Below, in pieces: positions 54,925 through 63,967 of a DNA stretch of 64,000 nucleotides. Numbering within the stretch: position 1 is the stretch's first letter; each line of letters opens with the position of its first letter. Both the position numbers and the translations under genes were made by a program. This DNA comes from Bacillota bacterium (GTDB taxonomy: Bacteria; Bacillota; Sulfobacillia; Sulfobacillales; JAIMBI01): the NCBI GenBank assembly GCA_021820465.1, contig JAKADP010000005.1, forward strand, positions 9,661-73,660. Reading direction: 5' to 3'. The notes below the pieces were generated by a model, which saw nothing but the letters and a program-made list of their open reading frames with translations, was not told the DNA's origin and made no database searches.

Positions 54925-55604
54925 TCCGGGTCGAGCGCCTCGTCAAGGACTACCCCATGGCCGGGGGCACTGTTCGCGCGCTCCATGACGTGAGCTTCGA
55001 AATTCCCACGGGGTCGCTTGCGGCCATCATGGGGCAGTCGGGCTCGGGCAAAACCACGCTCTTGAACCTGCTCGCCGGCCTCGATGGGCCCACATCCGGG
55101 CGATACTGGCTGAATGGCCGCGACGTCAGTGGCTTCGGCGTGGTGGACTGGTCGCGCGAGCGGAACCGGACCATTGGGTTTGTGTTTCAAGCGTTCAACC
55201 TGTTGCCGACCCTGTCCGCGCTGGGCAATGTGGAGCTGCCCCTCGTGTATCGGCGCGTCCCGCCGCGCCAGCGGCGGGAGCGGGCCCAAGCCGTGCTGGA
55301 GGCCATGGGCCTTGCCCACCGCGCCCACCACCGCCCTACCGAGCTTTCGGGGGGGCAGCAGCAGCGCGTGGCCATTGCGCGGGCGCTCGTGGGAGATCCG
55401 CCCCTCTTGCTGGCCGATGAGCCCACGGGCAACCTGGATGCGGAGACGGGGGACGAGATCTTGAACCTGCTCGCGGCCCTGAATGGCCAAGGCCGCACCA
55501 TCGTGATTGTGACACACTCCCCCGAGGTGGCCGCGCGCTGCCGGATGGTGCTGCAGATGCGGGACGGCCGGCTGTTGCCGACTGCGGGTGGGGTCGGCGC
55601 ATGA
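54921..55604 (+). CDS. ABC transporter ATP-binding protein (MacB/LolD type)
   Basis: Motifs [27 protein letters not shown] and [11 protein letters not shown]. Confidence 0.9.
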   Translation: MIRVERLVKDYPMAGGTVRALHDVSFEIPTGSLAAIMGQSGSGKTTLLNLLAGLDGPTSGRYWLNGRDVSGFGVVDWSRERNRTIGFVFQAFNLLPTLSALGNVELPLVYRRVPPRQRRERAQAVLEAMGLAHRAHHRPTELSGGQQQRVAIARALVGDPPLLLADEPTGNLDAETGDEILNLLAALNGQGRTIVIVTHSPEVAARCRMVLQMRDGRLLPTAGGVGA

Positions 55605-56767
55605 CGTGGGCGGACAGCCTGCGCACGGCGTGGGCGGGCATGTGGAGCAGCAAGTTGCGTGCTCTGCTGACCATGCTGGGGGTCATTATTGGAGTGGCCG
55701 CGGTGATTACCCTCGTGGCCATCGGCAACGGAGCTTCCCAGGCGGTGGCGTCTCGCATCGAGACGCTGGGCACCAATGTCTTGTTTGTGACGCCCGGACC
55801 CGGAACTCCCTTCACCACGCGCCAGGTGGCCTACATTCGCGACAACACGCCCGTGGCGCGCGTGGTGGTGCCGCTGTTGAACAGCGGCGGCCAGCTGTCG
55901 GTGGGGACCAGCACCCTATCGGCACTGGTGGTGGGCACCACGCCCGGGTATCAGGCGCTGGGCGCCATCCACTTGGCCGCCGGGCGATTCCTGGCGCCCG
56001 CGGACCTCGCGCTCAATCGCGACGCGGTGGTGCTGGGCGCCAATGTGAGTCAGGCGCTCTTTGGCGGGGGCAATCCCGTCGGCGCGCATGTGTCGCTGTT
56101 GGGGCAGCGCTTCACGGTGGTGGGGGTGCTGCAGCCCGTGGGCCAAGGGCCGGGCACCAGCCAGGACAATTCGGTGTTCATCCCGCTGCCGGTGGCGCAG
56201 TTTCTGCTGAGCACGCAGAAGCTGTCGGCCGTGCTCGTCGGCGCGAGCTCCCCCTTGGCCGCCTCGCAGGCGCAGGATTTGCTGACGAACCTGTATACCA
56301 ATCGCTTTGGATCCGCGTCGTCGGTCACCGTGGCCTCCGAGGACCAGGTGCTGGCCACGCTGTCGGCCACCCGCGCCACCTTCACCAATCTCTTGGCCGG
56401 CACCGCCCTCATCTCGCTGGTGGTGGGGGGCATCGGCATCATGAATATCATGCTGGTGTCCGTCACGGAGCGCACACGCGAGATCGGGGTGCGCCGAGCC
56501 GTGGGGGCCGTGCCGGAGGATGTGGTGCTGCAGTTTTTGCTGGAGGCCATGGTGCTGAGCCTCACCGGGGGTGCGCTGGGCGTCGGCGCGGGGCTGGTGA
56601 TGGTGCGCCTCGCCCCGGTGTTCCTAAAGACCCCCGCCGTCTTCACGCCCTCAGCCGTGGTGCTGGCCTTCGTGTTCAGCACGCTGGTTGGCCTCGTGTT
56701 CGGATTGTATCCGGCCGTTAAGGCGTCTCGGCTCCATCCGATTGATGCCCTGCGCCACAGCGGGTAG
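55601..56767 (+). CDS. ABC transporter permease (FtsX/MacB_PCD type)
   Basis: N-terminal MacB periplasmic core domain and a C-terminal FtsX fold. It shows the motif [15 protein letters not shown]. Confidence 0.9.
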   Translation: MTWADSLRTAWAGMWSSKLRALLTMLGVIIGVAAVITLVAIGNGASQAVASRIETLGTNVLFVTPGPGTPFTTRQVAYIRDNTPVARVVVPLLNSGGQLSVGTSTLSALVVGTTPGYQALGAIHLAAGRFLAPADLALNRDAVVLGANVSQALFGGGNPVGAHVSLLGQRFTVVGVLQPVGQGPGTSQDNSVFIPLPVAQFLLSTQKLSAVLVGASSPLAASQAQDLLTNLYTNRFGSASSVTVASEDQVLATLSATRATFTNLLAGTALISLVVGGIGIMNIMLVSVTERTREIGVRRAVGAVPEDVVLQFLLEAMVLSLTGGALGVGAGLVMVRLAPVFLKTPAVFTPSAVVLAFVFSTLVGLVFGLYPAVKASRLHPIDALRHSG

Positions 56768-57110
56768 CCGGACGCTCGGGCCCCATCGCAGGGGATCGCC
56801 GCGCCTCGCCGTGCTGCACGCGCCCGGGGAGGTCCGCCGTGGCTGGTGCGGTCCGGGGATTCCCGCCGGGGACGGACCCCTGCGCCCGGCGCCACAACAC
56901 ATAGCGCATTGCGCATCCGCGCGCAGGGGCGCGAAAATGGGCGAATATCGCGTGCCATCGGCGCCAGGGCGCTCCAGGCTGCGATGCACACCGGCGGGGG
57001 CCCGTGTACCCTGGCAAGCGCAGCGACCGGCCACCCAGCCGCCGCCAAGCAGGAGTGAACCAGCCCCAGGGCATCAATGTACGGATCCGTGGAGAGATTG
57101 AGGTGGCAGC

Positions 57111-57437
57111 GTGACCGTCTTAGTACTGGATGATGATGCAGGCGTCGTGCGCCTGCTGACGGTGATGCTGGAGGCCCAGGGCTACCGGGTGGTGGGGGCG
57201 CAGCGGTGGGAGGACGCGCTGCTGGACCAGCATTACGACGCCGCGCTAGTGGACTGGCACATCGGGAGCGCCGATGGGCGGTTGGCCGCCGATCGGCTGG
57301 TGCAGGCCGGGCTGGACCAGTCCCGGGTGGCCGTCATGTCAGGCCAGCATGGGCTCGAGGCCGGTCCGTACCGGCTGTGGGCCAAGCCGTTTTCGCTTGG
57401 CGAGCTGGCTTCTTGGATTCAATCGCTGGAACCCTAG
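57111..57437 (+). CDS. stand-alone response-regulator receiver domain
   Basis: The pattern is VLVLDDD ... ALVDWHI ... KPF (acidic pocket, phospho-acceptor Asp, conserved Lys). Confidence 0.75.
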   Translation: MTVLVLDDDAGVVRLLTVMLEAQGYRVVGAQRWEDALLDQHYDAALVDWHIGSADGRLAADRLVQAGLDQSRVAVMSGQHGLEAGPYRLWAKPFSLGELASWIQSLEP

Positions 57438-57446
57438 CGTGGCACG

Positions 57447-58196
57447 TCAAGCCGGCGGCGCTCCGCCCGGATGGATGCCGCATTCGGTTTTGTCGAGATT
57501 GGCCCAGCGCCCCGCGCGCGGGTCGTCGCCGAGCCGGACGGGCCGCGTGCACGGAACGCAGCCGATAGACGGATAGCCCTGGTCGTGCAGGGGGTTGTAC
57601 GGCACCCGGTGCTGCCGGACGTACCGCCAAACTTGCCCGGTGGTCCAGCGCACCAGCGGGTTGATCTTGATGAGGCCAAACTTGCCGTCGAGCTCCACCA
57701 CCCGGGCTCCGGCACGAAATGGAGTCTGGTCGCGGCGGATCCCCGTGATCCACGCGTCCAGTCCCTTTAACATCTGCCCCAGTGGCTCCACCTTGCGCAT
57801 GCGGCAACATGCATCGGGATCCCGCTCCCAGAGGCGGTCGCCGTAGTGCTCGGCTTGGCGGGCCAGCGTCAGCGCGGGCCGGCGGCGCTCCGGCACGAAC
57901 CCGTACCGCGCGGCCACCGCGTCGGCCAGCGCGTAGGTTTCGGGAAACAGCAGCCCCGTGTCGAGGTAAAACACTCGCGGCGTCGGGGTGGCCCGCACCA
58001 GCATGTCGATGAGGCACATGTCTTCCACGCCGAAGCTGGACGCCAGGGCCACCTTGTCTCCAAATGTGGAGACGGCCCAGGCACAGATGGCCTGGGGATC
58101 GGCCGCTTCCAGCTCGTCCGCCCACTGCGCCACCGACCCCTGCAGGTTGATCGCTCTCTGGTGCACCATTGTCGTCGTCGGCTCCTCTCTCGTCAT
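57447..58196 (-). CDS. cysH: adenylyl-/phosphoadenylyl-sulfate reductase (thioredoxin-dependent)
   Basis: The C-terminus is KTECGIH, the PP-loop-like segment is ALASSFG, and the Cys pairs are CC...CxxC. The start is ATG at 58196 or 58169. The track start is at 58247. Confidence 0.85.
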   Translation of the reverse strand: MTREEPTTTMVHQRAINLQGSVAQWADELEAADPQAICAWAVSTFGDKVALASSFGVEDMCLIDMLVRATPTPRVFYLDTGLLFPETYALADAVAARYGFVPERRRPALTLARQAEHYGDRLWERDPDACCRMRKVEPLGQMLKGLDAWITGIRRDQTPFRAGARVVELDGKFGLIKINPLVRWTTGQVWRYVRQHRVPYNPLHDQGYPSIGCVPCTRPVRLGDDPRAGRWANLDKTECGIHPGGAPPA

Positions 58197-58360
58197 CCAC
58201 GGCCTCGCGGTGCCTGGCGCCTGGCGCTGCCGCCGGGCACGCACCACGTCCGTAGGCTACGCGGCCGCCCGACTTCTGCCACCGGCGTATTTCGGGACGC
58301 GCCTGCATACAGCACACCGACCCGGAGCGATAGGGTGCCGGGCAGGGGGGACGTGCACGC

Positions 58361-59089
58361 ATGCAGCGGGAACCGGCGTGGCGATGGCTGGCCGCGGCCG
58401 CAGGGCTTGCGGTGGCGCTGGCGGCTTACGGGATGGGGTCGCGGCTGTCGGCGGCGGCCAGCCGGCCCGCGCCGGTCATCATTCGGGCGCCCATCGCCGA
58501 GCGGGTGCTGGCGCTGACGTTTGACGACGGGCCCACCGCCCGATGGACGCCGAAAATTCTGCGAGTGCTGCGGCAGAGCCACATCCCGGCCACGTTTTTT
58601 GTGATTGGGCGGCAGGCCGAGCGCTATCCGGCGCTCGTAGCCCAGGAAGTTCGGGACGGAATGGAAGTGGGAAGCCACGGGTACAACCACCTGGGGCTCT
58701 TCGGCCGGAGCGCCGCTGTGGTGGCTGCCGAGGTGGAGCAGGCCCAGCAGGCCATCGTGGCGGCCGGCGCGCCGGCGCCCACGCTGTATCGCATGCCGGC
58801 AGGGATTTACGATCAGACGGCGCTGTCGGTGCTGGGCGGGCTCCACTACGTGGTGGTGGGCTGGAGCATCGATCCGAGGGACTGGCGGCACCGCTACACC
58901 GCGGCGGCCATGGCGACGCTGGTGGAAAATCAGGCGGAACCCGGCGCGATCATTATTTTCCACGATGGCCCCACTGGCGGCCCGGCCACCGTGGAGGCCG
59001 TCCAGCAGCTGATTCCCGTGCTCCAGCGCGAAGGGTACCGCTTCCTCACGGTGTCTGCCATGGTGAAGCTGGTCAAGGGCCGCCTATAG
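58361..59089 (+). CDS. polysaccharide deacetylase (NodB family)
   Basis: Motifs TFDDGP, HIPATFF, GSHGYNH and LYRMP. Confidence 0.85.
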   Translation: MQREPAWRWLAAAAGLAVALAAYGMGSRLSAAASRPAPVIIRAPIAERVLALTFDDGPTARWTPKILRVLRQSHIPATFFVIGRQAERYPALVAQEVRDGMEVGSHGYNHLGLFGRSAAVVAAEVEQAQQAIVAAGAPAPTLYRMPAGIYDQTALSVLGGLHYVVVGWSIDPRDWRHRYTAAAMATLVENQAEPGAIIIFHDGPTGGPATVEAVQQLIPVLQREGYRFLTVSAMVKLVKGRL

Positions 59090-60188
59090 CGCCTTGGGGA
59101 TTCAGCGTCCCCGGCATTTGATGGTCGAACGCCAGGACGTCCACCGTGGGAGCAATGGTCCCATAACCCCAATTCAGCAGGGATTCGGCGTCCGCGTACT
59201 CGGTGGCAAACAGCTGCGCATGCAGCAGCACGCCCACCAGCGTCACAGGGTAGCCGTTGACGGTCCGCTGGGCTGCGAACACCAGCGTGCAGGCCGCCTG
59301 GCTCGTCCACCCGGTCTTCAGTCCAATGACCGTGGGGTCGCGCCACAAAATGCCGTTGATGTTAATCACGATCGGGTTATTGGGCAGGCTTGCGGTTTTG
59401 GTGCGCATAATCTGGCGCAGCACCGGGATCTGGAGGTCCAGCTCGGCCAGCCGCAGCAGGTCGCCGGCGCTGGACGAGGACCCAGGAGAGATGCCGTCGG
59501 GGTCGGCGTAGTGCGTGTGGTGCAGGCCGAGCGACTGGGCGGTGCGGTTCATGAGGGCCACAAAGGCCGCCGTGTGGCCCGAGACGGCCTGGGCCAGCGC
59601 CACGGCTGCGTCGTTGGCCGATACCATCAGCATGCCGGTCAGCAGCTGGCGCACCGTGAACCGCTCTCCGGGATACATGCGCATGTCCGAGCCGCCGGTC
59701 GCGGCCGCGGATGGGGAGATGACCACGACTTGGTTCATGGGGAGGCTTTCTGCCACCAGATAGGCCGTCATCAACTTCGTGGTGGACGCGATGGGACCCT
59801 GCTGCGTAATGTTTTTGGCGTAAAGGAGCTGGGGTTGGCCATAGATGGCCAGAACGGCATCGGGCTCGTGCAACGGGAACGGGAGGGACGTCCCCGCGGG
59901 GATCCAGCGAATGGGGCGGGTCGACCGGGCGGCGTGGGCGGCGGCCACGGCTCGGAGCGCGGCCCGTCCCGGGCGGGGCGGGGCGGCGGCCCGCGAGGAG
60001 TGCCACGCGAGGGATCCCAAGATGCCGCCGGCGGCCAGCACAGCCAGGGTTGCAGCGACGCGGTGCCCCAACGAACGGCGGAATGATGTACGGCGTGCCA
60101 CCGGTGTCCCCCCGGACTTGAGATGTGGGGGCCGCCCGCCGCGCTGGTGCGGACGCTTGGGCTCCCCCAGGGGATGGCGTCCGGCCAT
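59073..60188 (-). CDS. D-alanyl-D-alanine carboxypeptidase (S11 penicillin-binding protein)
   Basis: ASTTK is the SxxK motif, SAND is the SxN motif, and KTG appears in LKTGWT. Confidence 0.85.
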   Translation of the reverse strand: MAGRHPLGEPKRPHQRGGRPPHLKSGGTPVARRTSFRRSLGHRVAATLAVLAAGGILGSLAWHSSRAAAPPRPGRAALRAVAAAHAARSTRPIRWIPAGTSLPFPLHEPDAVLAIYGQPQLLYAKNITQQGPIASTTKLMTAYLVAESLPMNQVVVISPSAAATGGSDMRMYPGERFTVRQLLTGMLMVSANDAAVALAQAVSGHTAAFVALMNRTAQSLGLHHTHYADPDGISPGSSSSAGDLLRLAELDLQIPVLRQIMRTKTASLPNNPIVININGILWRDPTVIGLKTGWTSQAACTLVFAAQRTVNGYPVTLVGVLLHAQLFATEYADAESLLNWGYGTIAPTVDVLAFDHQMPGTLNPQGAIGGP

Positions 60189-60227
60189 CCCACGGTGCTG
60201 GACCGATTCTGGACCGATTGTACACAG

Positions 60228-60686
60228 TCAGGGGTCGGTCTGCATGGGCGGGGAGGCGGGGCGCGTCCCCGCGCGCTGTCGCTGATGGGCCACAAAGCGC
60301 TCCCACCAGGCGGGATCTCGGTCCGCCAGATCCAACAGCGCCTCGATGGCGGACAGCGCCTCCCCATCGATGAAGTGCTCGATGCCCTCGACAATGTCGT
60401 GGATGCGGGCGGGATCCCGGAGGCCCAACTGCTGCAGAAACCGCTCCAGCATCTCATGGCGCGCCGCCAGCGACCGCCCGCGCCCCTCGCCCAGGGCGGT
60501 GAGGGTCAGTCCCCGATAGCGCTCATATTTCAACAGGCCGTCTTGGTCCAAGCGGCGCACCATCTTGCTGGCCGACGCGACAGACAGATGGAGGCGGGCC
60601 GCAATGTCGCTCACTCGTGCCGCGCCGCGGTCACGGGTCAAAATCCAAATGGCCTCCAAATAATCCTCGCGGCTGGGGCTGGCCAT
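60228..60686 (-). CDS. mntR: MntR/DtxR-family metal-dependent transcriptional regulator
   Basis: Motifs REDYLEAIW, VSDIAARL.VS..S..KMV.RL...G.L and HE.LE.FL. Confidence 0.85.
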   Translation of the reverse strand: MASPSREDYLEAIWILTRDRGAARVSDIAARLHLSVASASKMVRRLDQDGLLKYERYRGLTLTALGEGRGRSLAARHEMLERFLQQLGLRDPARIHDIVEGIEHFIDGEALSAIEALLDLADRDPAWWERFVAHQRQRAGTRPASPPMQTDP

Positions 60687-60826
60687 CTCATCGCCTCCTC
60701 GCGGCGGGCCGGTTCATTGGTTCCTAGAATATGGGAATATGTGGCGGGCGAACCCTCTGGGCGCACTTTGTTTGCAGGTTCTTCATGTTTGAGCGGCGTC
60801 GGGAGGTTAGAATACGCCCGGGAGGG

Positions 60827-62020
60827 ATGGCGACGGACGTGCTGACGCGGCTGGTGCATCCGCCGCGGGTGACGGTGGTGGATTCCCCGACGGTGCCGCC
60901 GCTGTATGCCTCGACCACGTACAGCACAGAGGCGCTGGATCGAATTGACGACGTGCTGGGAGGGCGCGAGGCGGGCTTTCAGTACAGCCGGCAGGGCAAC
61001 CCGACCGTGGCGGCCCTGGAAGGAGCGCTGGCTGACCTGGAAGAAGCCAGCTGGGCCGTGGTGGTCGCGTCCGGCATGGCCGCCATTGCGGCGGCGCTGG
61101 AGGCTGCCGTGCCGCCCGGGGCCACGGTGCTGGCGGCCGAGGAACTTTACGGCGCGACCGACGGGCTGCTGACGCGCTGGCGGGACCGGGGGCGCATCAC
61201 CTTGGCGCGCGCGTCCGTCGGCAGCCAGGGGGCCTTTCTCGACGCGATTGCGCGAGAGCGGCCCGCGGTCGTATTTGTGGAGAGCGCGTCGAATCCTTTG
61301 TTGCGGGTTGCCGACGTGCCAGCCTTAGCCGATGCGGTGCACCGGGTGCAGGGTCGCCTGGTGGTGGACAACACATTTCTATCGCCGCTGGTGCTGGCGC
61401 CCGTGGCCTCGGGTGCTGATGTAGTGGTGGAGAGCCTCACCAAGTTCGTGGGCGGCCATGGGGACGTGACTGCCGGCGTCGTGGCCGGGGTGGATCCCGC
61501 GTTGGGGCGCGCCGTCTTGGCGCACCGCACGCACGCGGGTGCGGCGGCGTCGCCGTTTGACGCGTGGCTGGCGGCGCGCGGCCTGAAGACGCTGGGGCTG
61601 CGCCTCGAGCGCCAGATGGCGAGCGCGGCGGCGCTGGCGGCGCGATTGGCCGCCGCGGGGATCGCGACCTGGTATCCCGGGCTCGCGAGCCATCCGGATC
61701 ACGCCACGGCGGCGCGGCTGTGGCGGGGAGGATTTGGTGCGCTGCTGTCCGTGGACCTTGCGGGCGGGCGCCCGGCCGTCGAGGCGGCATGGCGGGCGTT
61801 TCGGCTGTGGGGGCGAGGCACGACGCTCGGGGACGTGGAGTCCCTGGCGCTGTACCCTGCGGTGGCGAGCCACCGTGGATTGTCCCCAGAGGAGCGGGCG
61901 GCGCGGGGCATCGGCCCGGGGCTGTTGCGGCTGTCTGTGGGAATAGAGGCCGTGGACGATTTGTGGGGAGATTTGGCGATGGCTCTGGGTGTTCCTCGGC
62001 GGCCGAATGCTGTACCCTAG
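60827..62020 (+). CDS. PLP-dependent Cys/Met-metabolism enzyme (cystathionine gamma-synthase/lyase family)
   Basis: Motifs YSRQGNPT, DNTF and SLTKFVGGH (the PLP lysine). The start is the internal ATG at 60827. Confidence 0.8.
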   Translation: MATDVLTRLVHPPRVTVVDSPTVPPLYASTTYSTEALDRIDDVLGGREAGFQYSRQGNPTVAALEGALADLEEASWAVVVASGMAAIAAALEAAVPPGATVLAAEELYGATDGLLTRWRDRGRITLARASVGSQGAFLDAIARERPAVVFVESASNPLLRVADVPALADAVHRVQGRLVVDNTFLSPLVLAPVASGADVVVESLTKFVGGHGDVTAGVVAGVDPALGRAVLAHRTHAGAAASPFDAWLAARGLKTLGLRLERQMASAAALAARLAAAGIATWYPGLASHPDHATAARLWRGGFGALLSVDLAGGRPAVEAAWRAFRLWGRGTTLGDVESLALYPAVASHRGLSPEERAARGIGPGLLRLSVGIEAVDDLWGDLAMALGVPRRPNAVP

Positions 62021-62127
62021 AGAAATATCGTATACGAATGGTTGGCACGTGGTTGACACGTGGTTGGCAGGGCGCGGCGCGCGCCGAGGTCCGCTTGAGT
62101 CAGTCGGCAGCTGGAGGGACAGAACTA

Positions 62128-63297
62128 GTGCGAGTGTTGGTGTTGGGCGCAGACGGATATTTGGGGTGGCCGACGGCGCTGCATCTGTCGGCGCGCGGTT
62201 TTGATGTGGGTGTGGCCGACAATTTTGTGCGGCGCCTCTGGGATCAGGAACTGGGTGTGGACAGCTTGGTGCCCATCACCGGCTTTCACGAGCGGATTCG
62301 CGCGTGGAAGGATGTGAGCGGCAAAACCCTGGAGCCATTCGTGGGCGACTTGAACAACTATCCCTTCGTGGCCGATATGCTGGCCCGCTTTCGACCGGAC
62401 GCCATCGTGCACTTTGCGGAGCAGCGCTCCGCGCCTTATTCGATGATTGACCGCGACCATGCCGTGTTCACGCAGGTCAACAATGTCGTGGGGACGCTGA
62501 ACCTGCTGTACGCCATGGCTGACGTGGTGCCCGCGTGCCACCTGGTGAAGCTGGGCAGCATGGGGGAGTACGGCACCCCCAACATCGATATCGAAGAAGG
62601 CTTCATCGAAATCACGCACAAGGGGCGGCGGGATGTCCTCCCGTTTCCCAAGCAGCCGGGCTCGTTCTACCACTTGTCCAAAGTTCACGACAGCCACAAC
62701 ATCATGTTTGCCTGCCGGACGTGGGGGCTAAAGTCTACCGATCTGAACCAAGGCATCGTGTACGGGGCGGAGACCGAGGAAACGGCACTGGATCCACGCC
62801 TAGCCACGCGCTTTGACTATGACGGCGTGTTTGGGACAGTGCTGAACCGATTTTGCGTCCAGGCGGTCGTCAACCATCCGCTGACCGTGTATGGCACCGG
62901 CGGGCAGACGCGTGGGATGCTGGACGTGCGGGACACGGTGCGGTGCATCGAGCTCGCATGCGTGAACCCTCCGGCCCAAGGAGAGTACCGCGTGTTCAAC
63001 CAGTTCACGGAGGAGTTCACGCTGACCCAACTGGCCCAGCTCGTGAAGGAGCTCCGTCCCGCGACCCAGATTGAGTACCTGGAAAATCCTCGCGTGGAGG
63101 CGCCTGAGCACTACTACCACGCGCAGCACACCCACCTGATGGACTTGGGCCTAGAGCCTCATCTGCTGTCGGACACCTTGCTGCACCAGGTATTTGGCGT
63201 GGTGGAGCGCCATCGCGACCGCGTCAACCTGGCGGCGATCCGCCCCGCGGTGAACTGGCGCCAGGCGCACCAGCTGGCCGGGTCCCCGCGCGGCTAA
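62128..63297 (+). CDS. sqdB: UDP-sulfoquinovose synthase-like NAD-dependent epimerase/dehydratase
   Basis: Motifs VLGADGYLGWP, SMGEYGTPNIDIEEG, LPFPKQPGSFYHLSKVHDS and LNQGIVYG, as in SQD1/SqdB. GTG at 62128 follows GGAGGG. The upstream part of the track ORF is junk. Confidence 0.8.
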   Translation: MRVLVLGADGYLGWPTALHLSARGFDVGVADNFVRRLWDQELGVDSLVPITGFHERIRAWKDVSGKTLEPFVGDLNNYPFVADMLARFRPDAIVHFAEQRSAPYSMIDRDHAVFTQVNNVVGTLNLLYAMADVVPACHLVKLGSMGEYGTPNIDIEEGFIEITHKGRRDVLPFPKQPGSFYHLSKVHDSHNIMFACRTWGLKSTDLNQGIVYGAETEETALDPRLATRFDYDGVFGTVLNRFCVQAVVNHPLTVYGTGGQTRGMLDVRDTVRCIELACVNPPAQGEYRVFNQFTEEFTLTQLAQLVKELRPATQIEYLENPRVEAPEHYYHAQHTHLMDLGLEPHLLSDTLLHQVFGVVERHRDRVNLAAIRPAVNWRQAHQLAGSPRG

Positions 63298-63300
63298 GCG

Positions 63301-63349
63301 CCGTGCCCGTCGAGGGAGGGTGGCTCCTCCCTTGATGGGCGGCGCACGG
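63301..63349. terminator. hairpin between convergent sqdB-like and peroxiredoxin genes
   Basis: The outer stem is CCGTGC/GCACGG. The inner stem is AGGGAGG/CCTCCCT with loop GTGGCT. Confidence 0.5.
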
Positions 63350-63350
63350 G

Positions 63351-63812
63351 TCACGGCAGCGCGGCAAGCACCTCCTCGGGCTCCGGCAGTTCCTCCGCGC
63401 CGTACACGTTGACAAACTCGAGGGTGCCATCGGCACCCACCACCAGCACGGCGCGGTCGGCCATGCCATCGTCGCGGAGCACGCCATAACGTTTCAGCAT
63501 CGCCCCGTGGGGCCAAAAGTCACTGGCCAGCGGATAGGTGAGCCCGCCCAGACTTTTCGCCCACGCTTCGTTGCAGGGAACAGAATCGACACTAACGCCC
63601 ACGACCTGGGCGCCCACCGCTCTAAAGCGCGCCTCGGCGCGGCTGAAGGCGGGAATCTCATTGGTTCAGACAGGCGTCCAGGCCAGCGGGTAGCATACCA
63701 GCACGAGCCGGTGCCCCGCATAGTCCGCCAGCCGAATGGCTCGGCCACCCGTGCCGGGCAGGGTGAACGCCGGTGCCCGGCTGCCCACCTTCAAGGTCTT
63801 CGTGTGATTCAT
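63351..63812 (-). CDS. AhpE/PrxU-like peroxiredoxin with in-frame TGA (complement of 63666-63668) at the peroxidatic Cys: candidate selenoprotein
   Basis: AAGGAG, 6 nt, then ATG at 63812. The translation is MNHTKTLKVGSRAPAFTLPGTGGRAIRLADYAGHRLVLVCYPLAWTPV-[TGA]-TNEIPAFSRAEARFRAVGAQVVGVSVDS... It matches the Prx motif YPLAFTPVCT.E. The track lists only 63351..63617. Confidence 0.7.
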
Positions 63813-63967
63813 GCCCATCTCCTTGCGCGTCTACGCGCGTCCCGTCTCTCACTCAGTTGCAGCCGATGTCGAACCCCCGCTCCCTAGCCCCCGCGAGCGC
63901 CCGCCCCTTTGCTAGGATGAGCGGACCTAGGATGGGCCCAACGGGCCCTCCGCATGCAGGAGGCGTG

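Noticed and set aside
60687-60826. A possible MntR operator (TTCCTAGAATATGGGAA) in the mntR / PLP-enzyme divergent region.
   Set aside because: It is only an imperfect palindrome (12 of 17 positions) and does not resemble the MntR boxes I can recall. The evidence is too weak to call a feature.
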